In this document: piece by piece, positions 31,104 to 41,815 of the stretch | Numbering within the stretch: position 1 is the first letter of the stretch | How the letters are laid out: every line of letters begins with the position of its first letter | Made by a program: the position numbers and the translations under genes | The notes under the pieces: generated by a model | The model's database searches: none | The model's input: only the letters and a program-made list of their open reading frames with translations | What the model was told of the DNA's origin: nothing | IMG/VR virus record: IMGVR_UViG_3300033143_005193 | Location: 46,777 to 110,776 of that record | DNA length: 64,000 nucleotides | Direction: 5' to 3' (one strand) | Source: a virus

Positions 31104-31300
31104 TACTTCTTCTCCTTTGAATATCCGCTTTGGCCCCATCCACCACCTTTTAATATAAAAGATGTTGATGATAATATTCTTTTCATTTTGATACAACAAT
31201 TATCACACTTAACAACATTTTCATTAGCTTCTTTTATATTTTTATAATATTTTTCAAATATTTTATTACATTTTGGACACTGAAATTCATAATAAGGCAT
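31103..31300 (-). CDS. FmdB-like zinc ribbon protein
   Basis: MPYYEFQCPKC...CDNC...FILKGGGW. Confidence 0.8.
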   Translation of the reverse strand: MPYYEFQCPKCNKIFEKYYKNIKEANENVVKCDNCCIKMKRILSSTSFILKGGGWGQSGYSKEKK

Positions 31301-31313
31301 TTTACATCTTCTC

Positions 31314-32150
31314 CTATACAATTTTTAGATCCTTTATAAATTTATCTAAAGATCTTATAACAAGATCGGGATTTGTTTCATTATTTGTTGGTAATATAAA
31401 AGATTTTTTATTATTAAAATTATAAACACCATTGTCTTTGAAAGATGATACATTTTCTCCCCATGAAAATACCGGTTTTCCCTGTAAATTGCTTATAAAA
31501 GTCCAAACACCGGTTGGGCATATTACCATTCTAGATGTATTTATGTGATCTATTATATATTGAAAACCAAAATCAAAATAATTTATCATTGGTGTGATAA
31601 TATTATCTTCTGGATATTCAGTTTTCATATCACCAATAATTATAGAATCATAATTATTTAAAACATGATAATGAATTTTATTTAATAATCTTTCATCTGA
31701 TTTTATATCAGGTATAAAAACAATTTTGTCCATGTTGGTTAATGGACAAGAATGACTTACTTTTATTTTTTCAAATATCTTATTATATATTGGGACGTGT
31801 TTTACATTTTTAACATAATTTAATTGATAGTTTGTGATATCTCTTTTCACACATTTTTTATCGTTTAATATAATTTGTTTCGCATATTTTACTATATTTC
31901 TGAAATTTTTTTGATTTATTCTTTTATTGTAATATCCAACCTGATCATATTCATAAACAGATAAATGTTTATATATTGGTATTTTATTACTTTCTGGTAT
32001 AAAATCGTATAAAAAAAGTCTATTATAATGAGAACTTACAAATACTTCATCATATTCTAGAGAATCACATAACCATCTTACATATGGTCTAAAATTAACA
32101 ATTTCCTGTTCCCAATCACCAACATATGGACCAATTAATAAATAATTCAT
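31314..32150 (-). CDS. Hypothetical protein (possible GT-B transferase)
   Basis: 278 aa; weak G-x-P-V-F C-terminal motif. Confidence 0.45.
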   Translation of the reverse strand: MNYLLIGPYVGDWEQEIVNFRPYVRWLCDSLEYDEVFVSSHYNRLFLYDFIPESNKIPIYKHLSVYEYDQVGYYNKRINQKNFRNIVKYAKQIILNDKKCVKRDITNYQLNYVKNVKHVPIYNKIFEKIKVSHSCPLTNMDKIVFIPDIKSDERLLNKIHYHVLNNYDSIIIGDMKTEYPEDNIITPMINYFDFGFQYIIDHINTSRMVICPTGVWTFISNLQGKPVFSWGENVSSFKDNGVYNFNNKKSFILPTNNETNPDLVIRSLDKFIKDLKIV

Positions 32151-32611
32151 TATATTATTACATTACCATTCCACTTTTTTAGTATTTCTAATTTAGATTG
32201 AAAAATTTCCTCATCCATTCTAATAACTTCAACATTATTAAGTATATCATAAAATAAAATATTGTCAAGATATATTTTTTTCACAATATTTGATAAGTTA
32301 TTGAAGTTAAATAGAATTTTGTTGTTTCTTCTGAAAAATGAAATGATATTATTACTATCATTTTTTGTATTTTCAACATAATATTTTTTTATAGTATTCT
32401 TCAAAACACTATTATATATTTTTATGTTGTTATCAACAACAAATCTATTTGTATTTGGATATTTACTAATAACATTATTAATTTTAACAGCGGTTGGTTT
32501 TAGAAAATTCATTTTTATTATATGAATTTTTCTTATTTGTAAAAATTCTTCACTGTCCCAATTTTTTTCGTCTATTTCAATATAATCTTTTCCCACTACA
32601 GTTTTTATCAT
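32150..32611 (-). CDS. Hypothetical protein
   Basis: 153 aa coupled ORF. Confidence 0.55.
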   Translation of the reverse strand: MIKTVVGKDYIEIDEKNWDSEEFLQIRKIHIIKMNFLKPTAVKINNVISKYPNTNRFVVDNNIKIYNSVLKNTIKKYYVENTKNDSNNIISFFRRNNKILFNFNNLSNIVKKIYLDNILFYDILNNVEVIRMDEEIFQSKLEILKKWNGNVII

Positions 32612-33633
32612 TTTCTACTTTCTCCAATATTTTTTAATATTCTAACCTTCGTATCAGATATTGAATTATTCACTATATAATCATATATGTTTTCTATTTT
32701 ATGTTTTATTTTTAATTCATTTATATCACTACAATCTTTATATTTTTCAGAAAATATAAAATATCTAACTCTTGTTCTTTTTTTATGTTTTGAATTTTTG
32801 AAAATTTTATATAATGTTTTGCTTCCAGCATCATCATTATCTACCGATATTATTACATTTCTATCAGTAAGGCTTAATAGCTTTTCGATAAATTCATCTT
32901 TTATACTTGATCCTAAATAAGCAGTTCCTTGATCACCTATCGTTAACGCATCTAATAATCCTTCAACAGCTATTATTGATTTTTTTCGATCAAATTTATA
33001 TTCATTGAATATAATATTACCTTTTGATAATGTTGGGTTTTTATATTTAGGAATAATACTATTACTAATAGATCTTCCTTGAAAATAATACATTAAACCA
33101 TCTTTATTATATAAAGGTAATATTATTCTATTAGAATATTCACCTTTATATGCATAAAAAACTTTAAAACCTTCCGGTATGTACCTGGAATTTTTAAAGT
33201 TTTTTAGCATCTTTTTTACGTTTTTGATAAATACAGTATTACCTTTATCATCTTCTGATATACAATCTTTTAAAATATAGCTATGATCTTCATACTCCAT
33301 CTTTTCAACAACTTTTTTCTCTCTTCTATTATTAGATAATCTTTGTATTATATAATTTGAATCATATTTTTCAAATTCTTTAATAGCATCACTTATTGAT
33401 ATACAATTTATAATACTATATAATTTCAAAAAAGATCCAGAAGAATCACAATTAAAACAATGATATATTGGTTTACCACCGTTATAATCTAAATTGAATC
33501 TTCTTTTTCTTTTATTTTTTTTACTATCACCACAAAGCGGACATCTAGCAAGGAAATGGGTTCCATCTTTAGAAGTAGAAACGTTTTCACAATTACTATA
33601 TATAAAATTAGAAACAAATTCAAGAGATAACAT
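32608..33633 (-). CDS. DNA primase (gp61-like)
   Basis: RCPLCGDS, HCFNC, FQGR, VEGLLDA, DND TOPRIM, DINE. Confidence 0.9.
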   Translation of the reverse strand: MLSLEFVSNFIYSNCENVSTSKDGTHFLARCPLCGDSKKNKRKRRFNLDYNGGKPIYHCFNCDSSGSFLKLYSIINCISISDAIKEFEKYDSNYIIQRLSNNRREKKVVEKMEYEDHSYILKDCISEDDKGNTVFIKNVKKMLKNFKNSRYIPEGFKVFYAYKGEYSNRIILPLYNKDGLMYYFQGRSISNSIIPKYKNPTLSKGNIIFNEYKFDRKKSIIAVEGLLDALTIGDQGTAYLGSSIKDEFIEKLLSLTDRNVIISVDNDDAGSKTLYKIFKNSKHKKRTRVRYFIFSEKYKDCSDINELKIKHKIENIYDYIVNNSISDTKVRILKNIGESRK

Positions 33634-33783
33634 TTTTATATTTCCTCAAAATCTATACATTCAAAATCAAATGGGGTTAATAAATCAAGTTCTTTATATG
33701 TTATGTTTTTGAAATATTTTAACTTACAACTAATTAAATTATTTTTTATTTTACAATTTACACAATTTTTACAAAAAAAGACG

Positions 33784-34104
33784 TTACTTTTTTCCATGTA
33801 ATGTTTCATTAGCGGATGCTTCTATTTTTTTTCTAATATCAGGTGGAAACAATTTAAAAAAGTTAGTAACGTCCATATCCTCAACACCCAATCCAACCAT
33901 AAGATTTACAGCTACTTCAAAATCAGTTCCACCCATTTCTTTTTTCATTTCAATAAAAAGTTTTTTCATGGCTCTTTTTAATGTATTGGAAACGGCTTGT
34001 CTTGTAATACCCAATTCCTTTCCTATTTCAGCACCAGTCATTCCTTCAAAAAGATTAGTTTTCTTTGTATCTTCTTCTTTTGTAATATAATCTCTTAAAG
34101 ACAT
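33784..34104 (-). CDS. HTH (sigma region 4-like) protein
   Basis: MTGAEIGKELGITRQAVSNTLKRAMKKL. Confidence 0.7.
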   Translation of the reverse strand: MSLRDYITKEEDTKKTNLFEGMTGAEIGKELGITRQAVSNTLKRAMKKLFIEMKKEMGGTDFEVAVNLMVGLGVEDMDVTNFFKLFPPDIRKKIEASANETLHGKK

Positions 34105-34141
34105 TATTTATTCCTCCGTTTGTTTTTATAAAATCTGATAT

Positions 34142-34149
34142 TATTTATA
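34142..34149 (-). promoter_or_regulatory. T4-type late promoter
   Basis: Intergenic TATAAATA ~40 nt upstream of ORF; gp55 present in window. Confidence 0.6.
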
Positions 34150-34162
34150 AAAAAATGAAAAT

Positions 34163-37100
34163 TTAGCTACATTTACTATAACCACAAGTACAGTTAAAAC
34201 ACCCTTCTATTGCGAGCATTTTTTGGCCACATTGGGGACAAACTTCATCACTCAATTCACCCTCAAATTTTTTACCAATATAGTATCTATTCAATAATTG
34301 AGCAATAGCATCTGGAATGCTTAATATTTGTACTGGTCTTTTATCAGTTGGTTCAAACCTAAACCAACACATTTTATCACTATTTATACCAATAAGAGTT
34401 TTTGTTATATCCTCAACAGGAACACCTCTTTGTAAAGCAATAGAAATAATTCTTCCAAGAGCTTCTGTAAAAGTATTTTGAACTTGTCCACTTTTACCTA
34501 AATGGATAAAAACTTCTAAAGGCTTGTCTTTATAATCAGAAACAGTAACATACATTTTACCATTACCAGTTTCAACGGAATATGTTTTTGAAGATAAAAT
34601 ACTCGGTCTTTTAAATCCATACATTATATTATCTTTTTTATCTTCTGTAAAGGTAACTGGTTGATTTTTCTTAGAACCATCACGATAAATAGTAATACCC
34701 TTTAATCCCTTTTGATAGGCGTATTTATATATTTCAGAAATTTCTTCTGTTGTTGTTTCTTTTGGTAAATTAACAGTAGAAGAAATAGCAGTAGAACAAT
34801 GTTCCTGTAAAGCGGCTTGTATATCTATTCTATCTTTATATTTTATTTCATGAGCAGTTATAAAAACTTCTTTTACTTCTTTTGGAATGTTATGAAGACC
34901 TTTTAACGATCCCATATTATTAGATATTTTTTCTAATAAAGCATCATTGAACCATTCTTCATTTTGAAATTTTTCTTCAAATACTGGATTTGTTATTAAG
35001 GCTTTAGATCCATCAATATAGTTTTTAGTGAAAGTCAAACCAAATGACGGTTCTATACCATATGAACAATCACAAGAAAGAGCAACAGTATTATGTGTAA
35101 CAAAACCATTAGCAACATATGTATGTGTGTTTTCAATAACTTCCAAATCATTTACATGTTTTGATTCAAAATATTCTTTATTTTTTATTAAATCCATATA
35201 TAAATCATTTTTAACAAACCAATTATAAGGATCACTATTCATAACTTCTTTATATTTTCTTAATGTTACACAACAATTTTTACTATTTGATATTTCTATT
35301 CTTTCTGGAAAATATTTTTCTTCATTTGGTGTAATTGGTACATATTCTCTACAATAAATATTATCATCATTTGATGATACATTACATTTAAATTGTTTTA
35401 ATAAATTATATGAACTAGTTTTATCTAATGTTATAGAATATGATTCATGATTTTTAATAATTTTTCTATCATCACTTTCAACAACAGAACCAATTTCTAC
35501 ATTGTTTTTGCTTAATCTTGAAATATATCCCAATCCAAGTAATATTGTATGCAGTTGATTAGCCATAATTTCAGAAATAGTTTTAAAACTAACTAGATTA
35601 TCTCTGTTTATTATACAACCATCACCCTTCCAATATCCTTTTATAAAAGAATTTATTACATCTATTGATCCATCTAAAATTATTTGTGGTATAAAAGCAT
35701 TAACATCACCTTCTTTTATGCAATTATATTTTTTAAACCAATCAAACATTTTTTTAGATGATATATCAAATTTACATTTATAATCATCTTTTCTAACAAA
35801 AACATTAAAATTAAAAGTTTTACCAAATGAATCATTTATTAAATTTCTTATGTAATCTTCATCATTTTCATTAAATGAAATATATAATTTATCATTATTC
35901 CACCATCCATTGGCCATATATAATCCTATAAATTCAGCCTTTTTAACATCCAACCAATATTCTTTATCAATTATAAAATTTTTCTTTAAGATAACATTAT
36001 CATTTAATGATAAATCATTTATTTTTTTCCATATATATCCATTACCTTCAGATAAAACACGAACTTTATGATCATATGTTCCTTCTAATGAATATCCGTT
36101 TTCTGTTGTTATTTTTACTGTATTAGATATTCCTTGATCAAAATATGATTTTAAATGACATTTACCAAAATCTGATTCTGTTGATATTTCATTACTTCCG
36201 TCTTGTAAAATATCTTTATAATCAATTATTTTCTTTATACCTTTATTAGAAGAAATTAAAGTATTATCAACCAAACAACCAGTAGGTTGAGCAGTTGTGA
36301 ATTGACTATTTCTAAGTCCAAATTCCTTTACTCTTTCCATTATTTTTTGCATATGTGAATCTTTATCAGATCCAATATGTTTATCAATAATATTTTCTAC
36401 ATTATCTTTATGTTGATCATATTCGAAAAATGATCCATGTTTTTCAGCCAAAATAGTACTTTGATAAACACAAGCGGCTGTTAAGGTTCTCATAACATTT
36501 GATGCAAAGTTTTTACCTTCTATCTTATCATATCTATATCCTAATTTAAACATAGCATCAGCAAGACCCATAGGCCCTATCCCAACTGGTCTATATTTTT
36601 TAACATTTGATTCAAATCTTTTATCTGGAAAATCCATTTTATCAATAACATTATCCATATATTTCATTATTCTACAAGTTGTTTCAAAAAGACCATCATA
36701 ATTAAAATCATCTTCACCACCAACAAATTTTGATATATTTATAGCACTAAGATTACAAGCAAAAAATGGTGGCATTACTTGTTCACCACAATTTCCAGTA
36801 AAAGAATATGGTAATCTAAAAGTATGAGAATTATCATATACAGAAACATCCCATACATCTTCATATAAATCAGTTTCTTCTACGGATACTATTTGTATAT
36901 GAGTTAATTTATTCAATGTTCTTTTACATTCAGGTATATTCTCCAATAAAGCCTGTTTTCTTTTATTACTTAATTTAAAAATTCTTCTAAAATTCAAAGC
37001 ATCATATTTTAATATCTCTAATGTGTAATTATTATATTCAATATCATTATTTTCTGATGATTCGTTTATATATGTTTTTATACCATAAAAACCCAATAAT

Positions 37101-39538
37101 TCTGAAATATCAAATATAAGTTTTTTGTGTGATAATTTAAGCGATATCTTGTTTTTATGAACACGTCCATTAGATGAAAAAATACCATCTATAACGCCTT
37201 TTCTGAAATCTTCAGAAGATTTTTTCCATATAAAATTTGAAAGTCCTGTTTCTTTTTTATCAACTTCAAAACTATTAAAATATTCATGTAATCTTAAACA
37301 AGATGAATATATTTCTATATTATCGTCCTTTTCTGTTAAGTTATATTCTTCACCTGTTATTAGCTTTAATTTTTCTACTATAATATCCTTTATATCATTC
37401 TCAATATCATCTTTTGATATTATAAAACCATATTGTCTTTTATTATCTTCTATATCTGATATCCAACCATTACCTATATTACATCCAATTATAAAACCAT
37501 CTTTATATGTACCTATTTCACCGTAATATAAATTATTTTGAATTTGTTTTGGAAATAAATCACCTGGCTTCAACTCTAATGTTGTTTTCTTTTTATAATT
37601 ATTATTAATTAAAACTGGCCATTTATGTTCAGCTGTAGCATAATAAGAATGACCACTGATTAAATTTATTTTATATAATCTTTTATTTCTACCAGACAAA
37701 AAGCATTTTGCTGGTGCTAAAACATTATCAAGTGTTGGAACAAAAAATTCTTTATTTTCCAATTCTTGTATTTCAAATATACCATTTGATGTAAGAAGTT
37801 TTGTGCCTTTTCTCAATGAAGGATTAGGACATTCAATCAACATTTTATTTTTCAAAACATTATATCTATTAATCGTATCTATAAACAATACACCTGGATC
37901 TGCTGATTTATGAGCAAACTTAACAATTTCATCCCATATTAATTTTGGATCAATTTCTTTAACAACACTACCATCATATGGTGTTCTGAGTTTAAATGGT
38001 GTTCCATCTTCTAAACACTTCATAAATTCATCAGTAATAGATACTGATATATTCATATTACTCAATCTACCATCTTTTTCTTTACACCTAATAAACTCTA
38101 ATATATCTGGATGCCATACTGGTATTGAACATAAAATAGCGGCTCTTCTTACTCTACCACCGGATTTTGTTGTTTCACCAACAGCATCATAAAGTTTCAT
38201 GAATGTTATTGGTCCGCTGTTATGAGAAACAAATCCATTAGCTATAAAATTATGATAAGGAGCTTCCATTTTAACATCATATACCTTTTCAATTCCTTTA
38301 TATTCAATGCTAATTATTTCATCAAAATACACTTCTCTTGTAAGTCTATAATTTCCTTTAGCTCTACGTTTTTTATGCTCATCATTATGACATTGAATAC
38401 ATAATACTTCTAAATTACTTATTTCATTATTATATGGATTACCATCTTTATGATGAACCTCTATTCTTTTTTTTGTTTCTCCACATCTTTCACATACATG
38501 ATTTTCTCTATTCCATAAATATATGTTTTTATTTCTTGATCTTGCCGTTACTTCATTTGCATAATCCCCTCTCCACATAGGATTATTTTCACCAGAATTT
38601 ATATTTGAATAATATTCTTTTATTTCTTTTCTATTTCTATAATTTTTTCTTGCTTTACTTCTTTTTTCAAATTCTTCATTCGATCCTTTTAAAGAACATC
38701 CATTAAAAACAGAAACAACACAATTCTCACATAATCCTTTATACTTGCTTCTATTTCCTCTTAATAATCTTACTTTTCCACATCTTTTACATTCTGATAT
38801 AGGTCTTGTTTTACCATTTACACCAATTTTATCTTTTACAGAAAAATCTTCAACTTTTTTCCATTCTCCGCTTTCTGATAAAAATCTATGATTACTAGTT
38901 GCTTTTATTTTATAACCACTTTTTGTTTTTATTTCATATACAGGTCTTTTTCCATTATAAATAACGTCTTTAATTGTATTCATTCCTATACCAAAATCAT
39001 CTAGCATTGATCTTACTCTATATTTTGGATTTTTAACATTTTTATAAAAATTATACAACCATTCAAGTGTTACTTTTTGATTTTCTACAGCAAAATTTGT
39101 TTTATCATTTAATAATATTGTATCACCAGTTAAACAACTTTTGCCTTCCGCGGGTTTATCGGGCTGACCCTCAAAAATATAAGAATCTTTTTCTCTCAAA
39201 TTACCAATAGGAATACCAATCCCACTACCATATTGAAATATTTTTCTGGCAACGTTTGCGATATCATAAATACTATTCATGCTATCTTCTAAACCAACAA
39301 CAAAACATGCGGAGTATATTTTATGAGAAGTACCAGCATTCAAAAAAACTGGTGTATTTGGTCTCCATATATTACTAGATAAAAGATTAAAAATATCTTG
39401 TTTTTCTTCATCAGTATTTCCAAACTCATTAGCAACTCTTAAAAATGTATCTTTTATAGTTTCACCTTGAAATGAATACAGGTCTTTAAAAATCTTTACT
39501 GCATTGTTACTTAAACCAAATTCATTTTTTTCAGTCAT
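34163..39538 (-). CDS. nrdJ: Class II (B12-dependent) ribonucleotide reductase with three inteins; ~746 aa after splicing
   Basis: PNTP-FLNAG, SACFV, GGRVRRAA, NP|CGEQ, ACNL, PTG|T, GIEP, KGITIYRDGS, C-terminal TSCPD/Zn ribbon. Confidence 0.92.
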   Translation of the reverse strand: MTEKNEFGLSNNAVKIFKDLYSFQGETIKDTFLRVANEFGNTDEEKQDIFNLLSSNIWRPNTPVFLNAGTSHKIYSACFVVGLEDSMNSIYDIANVARKIFQYGSGIGIPIGNLREKDSYIFEGQPDKPAEGKSCLTGDTILLNDKTNFAVENQKVTLEWLYNFYKNVKNPKYRVRSMLDDFGIGMNTIKDVIYNGKRPVYEIKTKSGYKIKATSNHRFLSESGEWKKVEDFSVKDKIGVNGKTRPISECKRCGKVRLLRGNRSKYKGLCENCVVSVFNGCSLKGSNEEFEKRSKARKNYRNRKEIKEYYSNINSGENNPMWRGDYANEVTARSRNKNIYLWNRENHVCERCGETKKRIEVHHKDGNPYNNEISNLEVLCIQCHNDEHKKRRAKGNYRLTREVYFDEIISIEYKGIEKVYDVKMEAPYHNFIANGFVSHNSGPITFMKLYDAVGETTKSGGRVRRAAILCSIPVWHPDILEFIRCKEKDGRLSNMNISVSITDEFMKCLEDGTPFKLRTPYDGSVVKEIDPKLIWDEIVKFAHKSADPGVLFIDTINRYNVLKNKMLIECPNPSLRKGTKLLTSNGIFEIQELENKEFFVPTLDNVLAPAKCFLSGRNKRLYKINLISGHSYYATAEHKWPVLINNNYKKKTTLELKPGDLFPKQIQNNLYYGEIGTYKDGFIIGCNIGNGWISDIEDNKRQYGFIISKDDIENDIKDIIVEKLKLITGEEYNLTEKDDNIEIYSSCLRLHEYFNSFEVDKKETGLSNFIWKKSSEDFRKGVIDGIFSSNGRVHKNKISLKLSHKKLIFDISELLGFYGIKTYINESSENNDIEYNNYTLEILKYDALNFRRIFKLSNKRKQALLENIPECKRTLNKLTHIQIVSVEETDLYEDVWDVSVYDNSHTFRLPYSFTGNCGEQVMPPFFACNLSAINISKFVGGEDDFNYDGLFETTCRIMKYMDNVIDKMDFPDKRFESNVKKYRPVGIGPMGLADAMFKLGYRYDKIEGKNFASNVMRTLTAACVYQSTILAEKHGSFFEYDQHKDNVENIIDKHIGSDKDSHMQKIMERVKEFGLRNSQFTTAQPTGCLVDNTLISSNKGIKKIIDYKDILQDGSNEISTESDFGKCHLKSYFDQGISNTVKITTENGYSLEGTYDHKVRVLSEGNGYIWKKINDLSLNDNVILKKNFIIDKEYWLDVKKAEFIGLYMANGWWNNDKLYISFNENDEDYIRNLINDSFGKTFNFNVFVRKDDYKCKFDISSKKMFDWFKKYNCIKEGDVNAFIPQIILDGSIDVINSFIKGYWKGDGCIINRDNLVSFKTISEIMANQLHTILLGLGYISRLSKNNVEIGSVVESDDRKIIKNHESYSITLDKTSSYNLLKQFKCNVSSNDDNIYCREYVPITPNEEKYFPERIEISNSKNCCVTLRKYKEVMNSDPYNWFVKNDLYMDLIKNKEYFESKHVNDLEVIENTHTYVANGFVTHNTVALSCDCSYGIEPSFGLTFTKNYIDGSKALITNPVFEEKFQNEEWFNDALLEKISNNMGSLKGLHNIPKEVKEVFITAHEIKYKDRIDIQAALQEHCSTAISSTVNLPKETTTEEISEIYKYAYQKGLKGITIYRDGSKKNQPVTFTEDKKDNIMYGFKRPSILSSKTYSVETGNGKMYVTVSDYKDKPLEVFIHLGKSGQVQNTFTEALGRIISIALQRGVPVEDITKTLIGINSDKMCWFRFEPTDKRPVQILSIPDAIAQLLNRYYIGKKFEGELSDEVCPQCGQKMLAIEGCFNCTCGYSKCS
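35090..36277 (-). mobile_element. Intein with LAGLIDADG in NrdJ (396 aa)
   Basis: PTG|CLVDNT...GYWKGDG...FVTHN|T. Confidence 0.9.
36791..37819 (-). mobile_element. Ser1 intein with degenerate LAGLIDADG in NrdJ (343 aa)
   Basis: NP|SLRKGT...TAEH...FTGN|CGEQ; +1 residue is the catalytic Cys. Confidence 0.85.
38219..39136 (-). mobile_element. Intein with HNH endonuclease in NrdJ (306 aa)
   Basis: CLTGDT...CERC..HHKDGNPYNN..NL..LC..CH...FVSHN|S. Confidence 0.9.
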
Positions 39539-39568
39539 TATACAAATATTCTCCTATTATAAAAAATT

Positions 39569-40249
39569 TTAATTATTATAAGATATTATATCTTTCCAAT
39601 TTTTTACATCATTAAACTCCCCAACAGGATACTTTATACCGATTTTACTTGCAATCATTCTCCCACTATTAGAAGATGGTATTTCAACACCTTCAAAAAC
39701 AAAAGGAACATTACTCTTTTTAACAAAACTTGAATATGCTTGTGAAATTTTATTTAACTTTAAATTTTCTCCTATTTTTATTTTTTTACCATTTTTATCA
39801 ATTATATAAAATGAACTACCATCCTTCAATACAGCACCATCTTGTTTAAACTCTTTTAAAAGCTCTATAATAAAAAGCTCAAAATCTTTTTGACTCATTT
39901 CATCTGGTTTTTTTGATAAATAACTTCTTTCTATAACATCTACTAACATATTTTCAGGACAATCTTTATATTCAATTTTATCATCTTTACATTCACGCCA
40001 ATGACCTACTAATTGATATACACCCATTTTCTTCTTATTAAATTTTGTTCGTAAATTTCTATTTCTTATAATATTTTCTTTCTTACTATATTCACTTCTG
40101 TAAGCCGACATAATAACAAAACTTTCACTTTCCTTAATACTTGATAATACTCTTGAAAGACCGGCTTCTGTAATTAAGTTTCCATTAATACCATCAAGAC
40201 CATAATCATCAAATGGTGTCGTTTCGTTTATATATTCTTCAAATTTCAT
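39569..40249 (-). CDS. Hypothetical phage protein (possible head-internal protein)
   Basis: MKFEEYINE; TEAGLSR; SAYR. Confidence 0.6.
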   Translation of the reverse strand: MKFEEYINETTPFDDYGLDGINGNLITEAGLSRVLSSIKESESFVIMSAYRSEYSKKENIIRNRNLRTKFNKKKMGVYQLVGHWRECKDDKIEYKDCPENMLVDVIERSYLSKKPDEMSQKDFELFIIELLKEFKQDGAVLKDGSSFYIIDKNGKKIKIGENLKLNKISQAYSSFVKKSNVPFVFEGVEIPSSNSGRMIASKIGIKYPVGEFNDVKNWKDIISYNN

Positions 40250-40782
40250 TTTAAATATTTCTCCATTCTTTCATATTTTTTAAAACAATCATATACTTTC
40301 AGATCTTTTATTTCAAATATATCTTTTAACCATGTAATGTTTATATTATCATCACTTTCCATTACAAAACTATCACTTGATGCGATAGAATTAATATCAG
40401 AACTCATAATTTTTTTATTTGGTGTATCAATTTTTACTGGTATATATGGATCATCTTCTTTTATTCCATTTTTTCCCTTTAATATTTCCTTGGCCCATTT
40501 ACTTAAAATTATTTTTGTTTTTCTATCTACTTTTTTTACATTTATTGACAAAAAATTTTTATATCTTCTTATTCTTATCCATCCATTATTAAGTAAAGAA
40601 ATCAATATTTGTTCTCTAGCTTTACCTTCTGTACCAATTTTTTCATTATACATATCATGAATATATTCTATTATTTCTTTTGTCATTCCAAAAGCTTTTG
40701 GATTTTTTATTATTTCTGATATATGATTACTACCACAATATATTACTTCCCCTTTTGGACTTATAAAGAACGCATAATTCAC
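40246..40782 (-). CDS. Hypothetical protein
   Basis: FISPKG...GWIRIR. Confidence 0.6.
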   Translation of the reverse strand: MNYAFFISPKGEVIYCGSNHISEIIKNPKAFGMTKEIIEYIHDMYNEKIGTEGKAREQILISLLNNGWIRIRRYKNFLSINVKKVDRKTKIILSKWAKEILKGKNGIKEDDPYIPVKIDTPNKKIMSSDINSIASSDSFVMESDDNINITWLKDIFEIKDLKVYDCFKKYERMEKYLK

Positions 40783-40794
40783 TTGAAATCACTC

Positions 40795-41598
40795 CTATGT
40801 ATTTTTATTTAATTTTGCTCTCAATGGTTTTATTTCAAAATCATAACAATGCCCTTTCAAACTAGAAAAAGATAATGGACCAACTTTCACACCAAGATTT
40901 TCAGCAATATATTCCATTAAAAGAGTGATACCACCAAGATTCTCCGGCCAAGCGGCATATAAATCCCATGATCTAAAATAAGCATGAGCACATAAATACC
41001 AATCATTTTCATGTTTTTTAATATGTGTATCTACCCCACGCAAACATGAATTTGTTTGTCTTTCAGATTCATCTTTATATGGTATATCATATGCAAATAA
41101 ACTTTCTGGATAACCAACTGTAATATAACAATGATTGTTACCAAAACCCTTTTCTTTATAATGTTTTATAATCCATTCAAGTTGACTTGGAACCAATAAT
41201 CTATTACCATCATATTTTATAATAAAATTAGCCAATGGTTCATCTACCATTCTTAATCTTGGCATTCTATATAAACCACCATTTATCCATGTAGCATAAC
41301 GGTAATGTTCATTATCTTCTAAATTAACACCATCCATTAAATAATTTACAAAGTATTCTTCTATTTTTTCATCGGTTGTAACGGGCGGAACACCAGCGGG
41401 AAATGTTGGAGCCAACGGTCTAATTGTAGGCATATGAATTGTACCGGAAATAAAATCAAATTCCAGTCTTGAAGAACCTTCATAACTACCAGTATGAATC
41501 GGATTCATTCTACCATGTTGCTCTAATTCATAAAGCATTGAAAAATATACATTATCTAGTGTATTTCCTTCAACAAAAATAGATTTAAATTTTTTCAT
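40795..41598 (-). CDS. Thymidylate synthase-superfamily protein (divergent)
   Basis: YRYA, SCLR (catalytic Cys), FRSWD, WPENL, GHCY. Confidence 0.75.
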   Translation of the reverse strand: MKKFKSIFVEGNTLDNVYFSMLYELEQHGRMNPIHTGSYEGSSRLEFDFISGTIHMPTIRPLAPTFPAGVPPVTTDEKIEEYFVNYLMDGVNLEDNEHYRYATWINGGLYRMPRLRMVDEPLANFIIKYDGNRLLVPSQLEWIIKHYKEKGFGNNHCYITVGYPESLFAYDIPYKDESERQTNSCLRGVDTHIKKHENDWYLCAHAYFRSWDLYAAWPENLGGITLLMEYIAENLGVKVGPLSFSSLKGHCYDFEIKPLRAKLNKNT

Positions 41599-41804
41599 AT
41601 ATCGAATCTCCCATAATAAACAATTTCTTTTCCTTCACTATCAACTTTTACAACGGAAAATTTTGGATTTATTTCATCAACATATTTTACAGCACCATCA
41701 AAATCTTCAAAAATAACAGAAGAACCATAACCATAAGGAATTTGATATTCCTTTTCAAATTCATCTCTATCTTTAATACTTAATGCACAATACAAAGGTT
41801 TCAT
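41595..41804 (-). CDS. Hypothetical protein
   Basis: 69 aa, GGAG RBS. Confidence 0.5.
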   Translation of the reverse strand: MKPLYCALSIKDRDEFEKEYQIPYGYGSSVIFEDFDGAVKYVDEINPKFSVVKVDSEGKEIVYYGRFDI

Positions 41805-41815
41805 TTTAATTCTCC

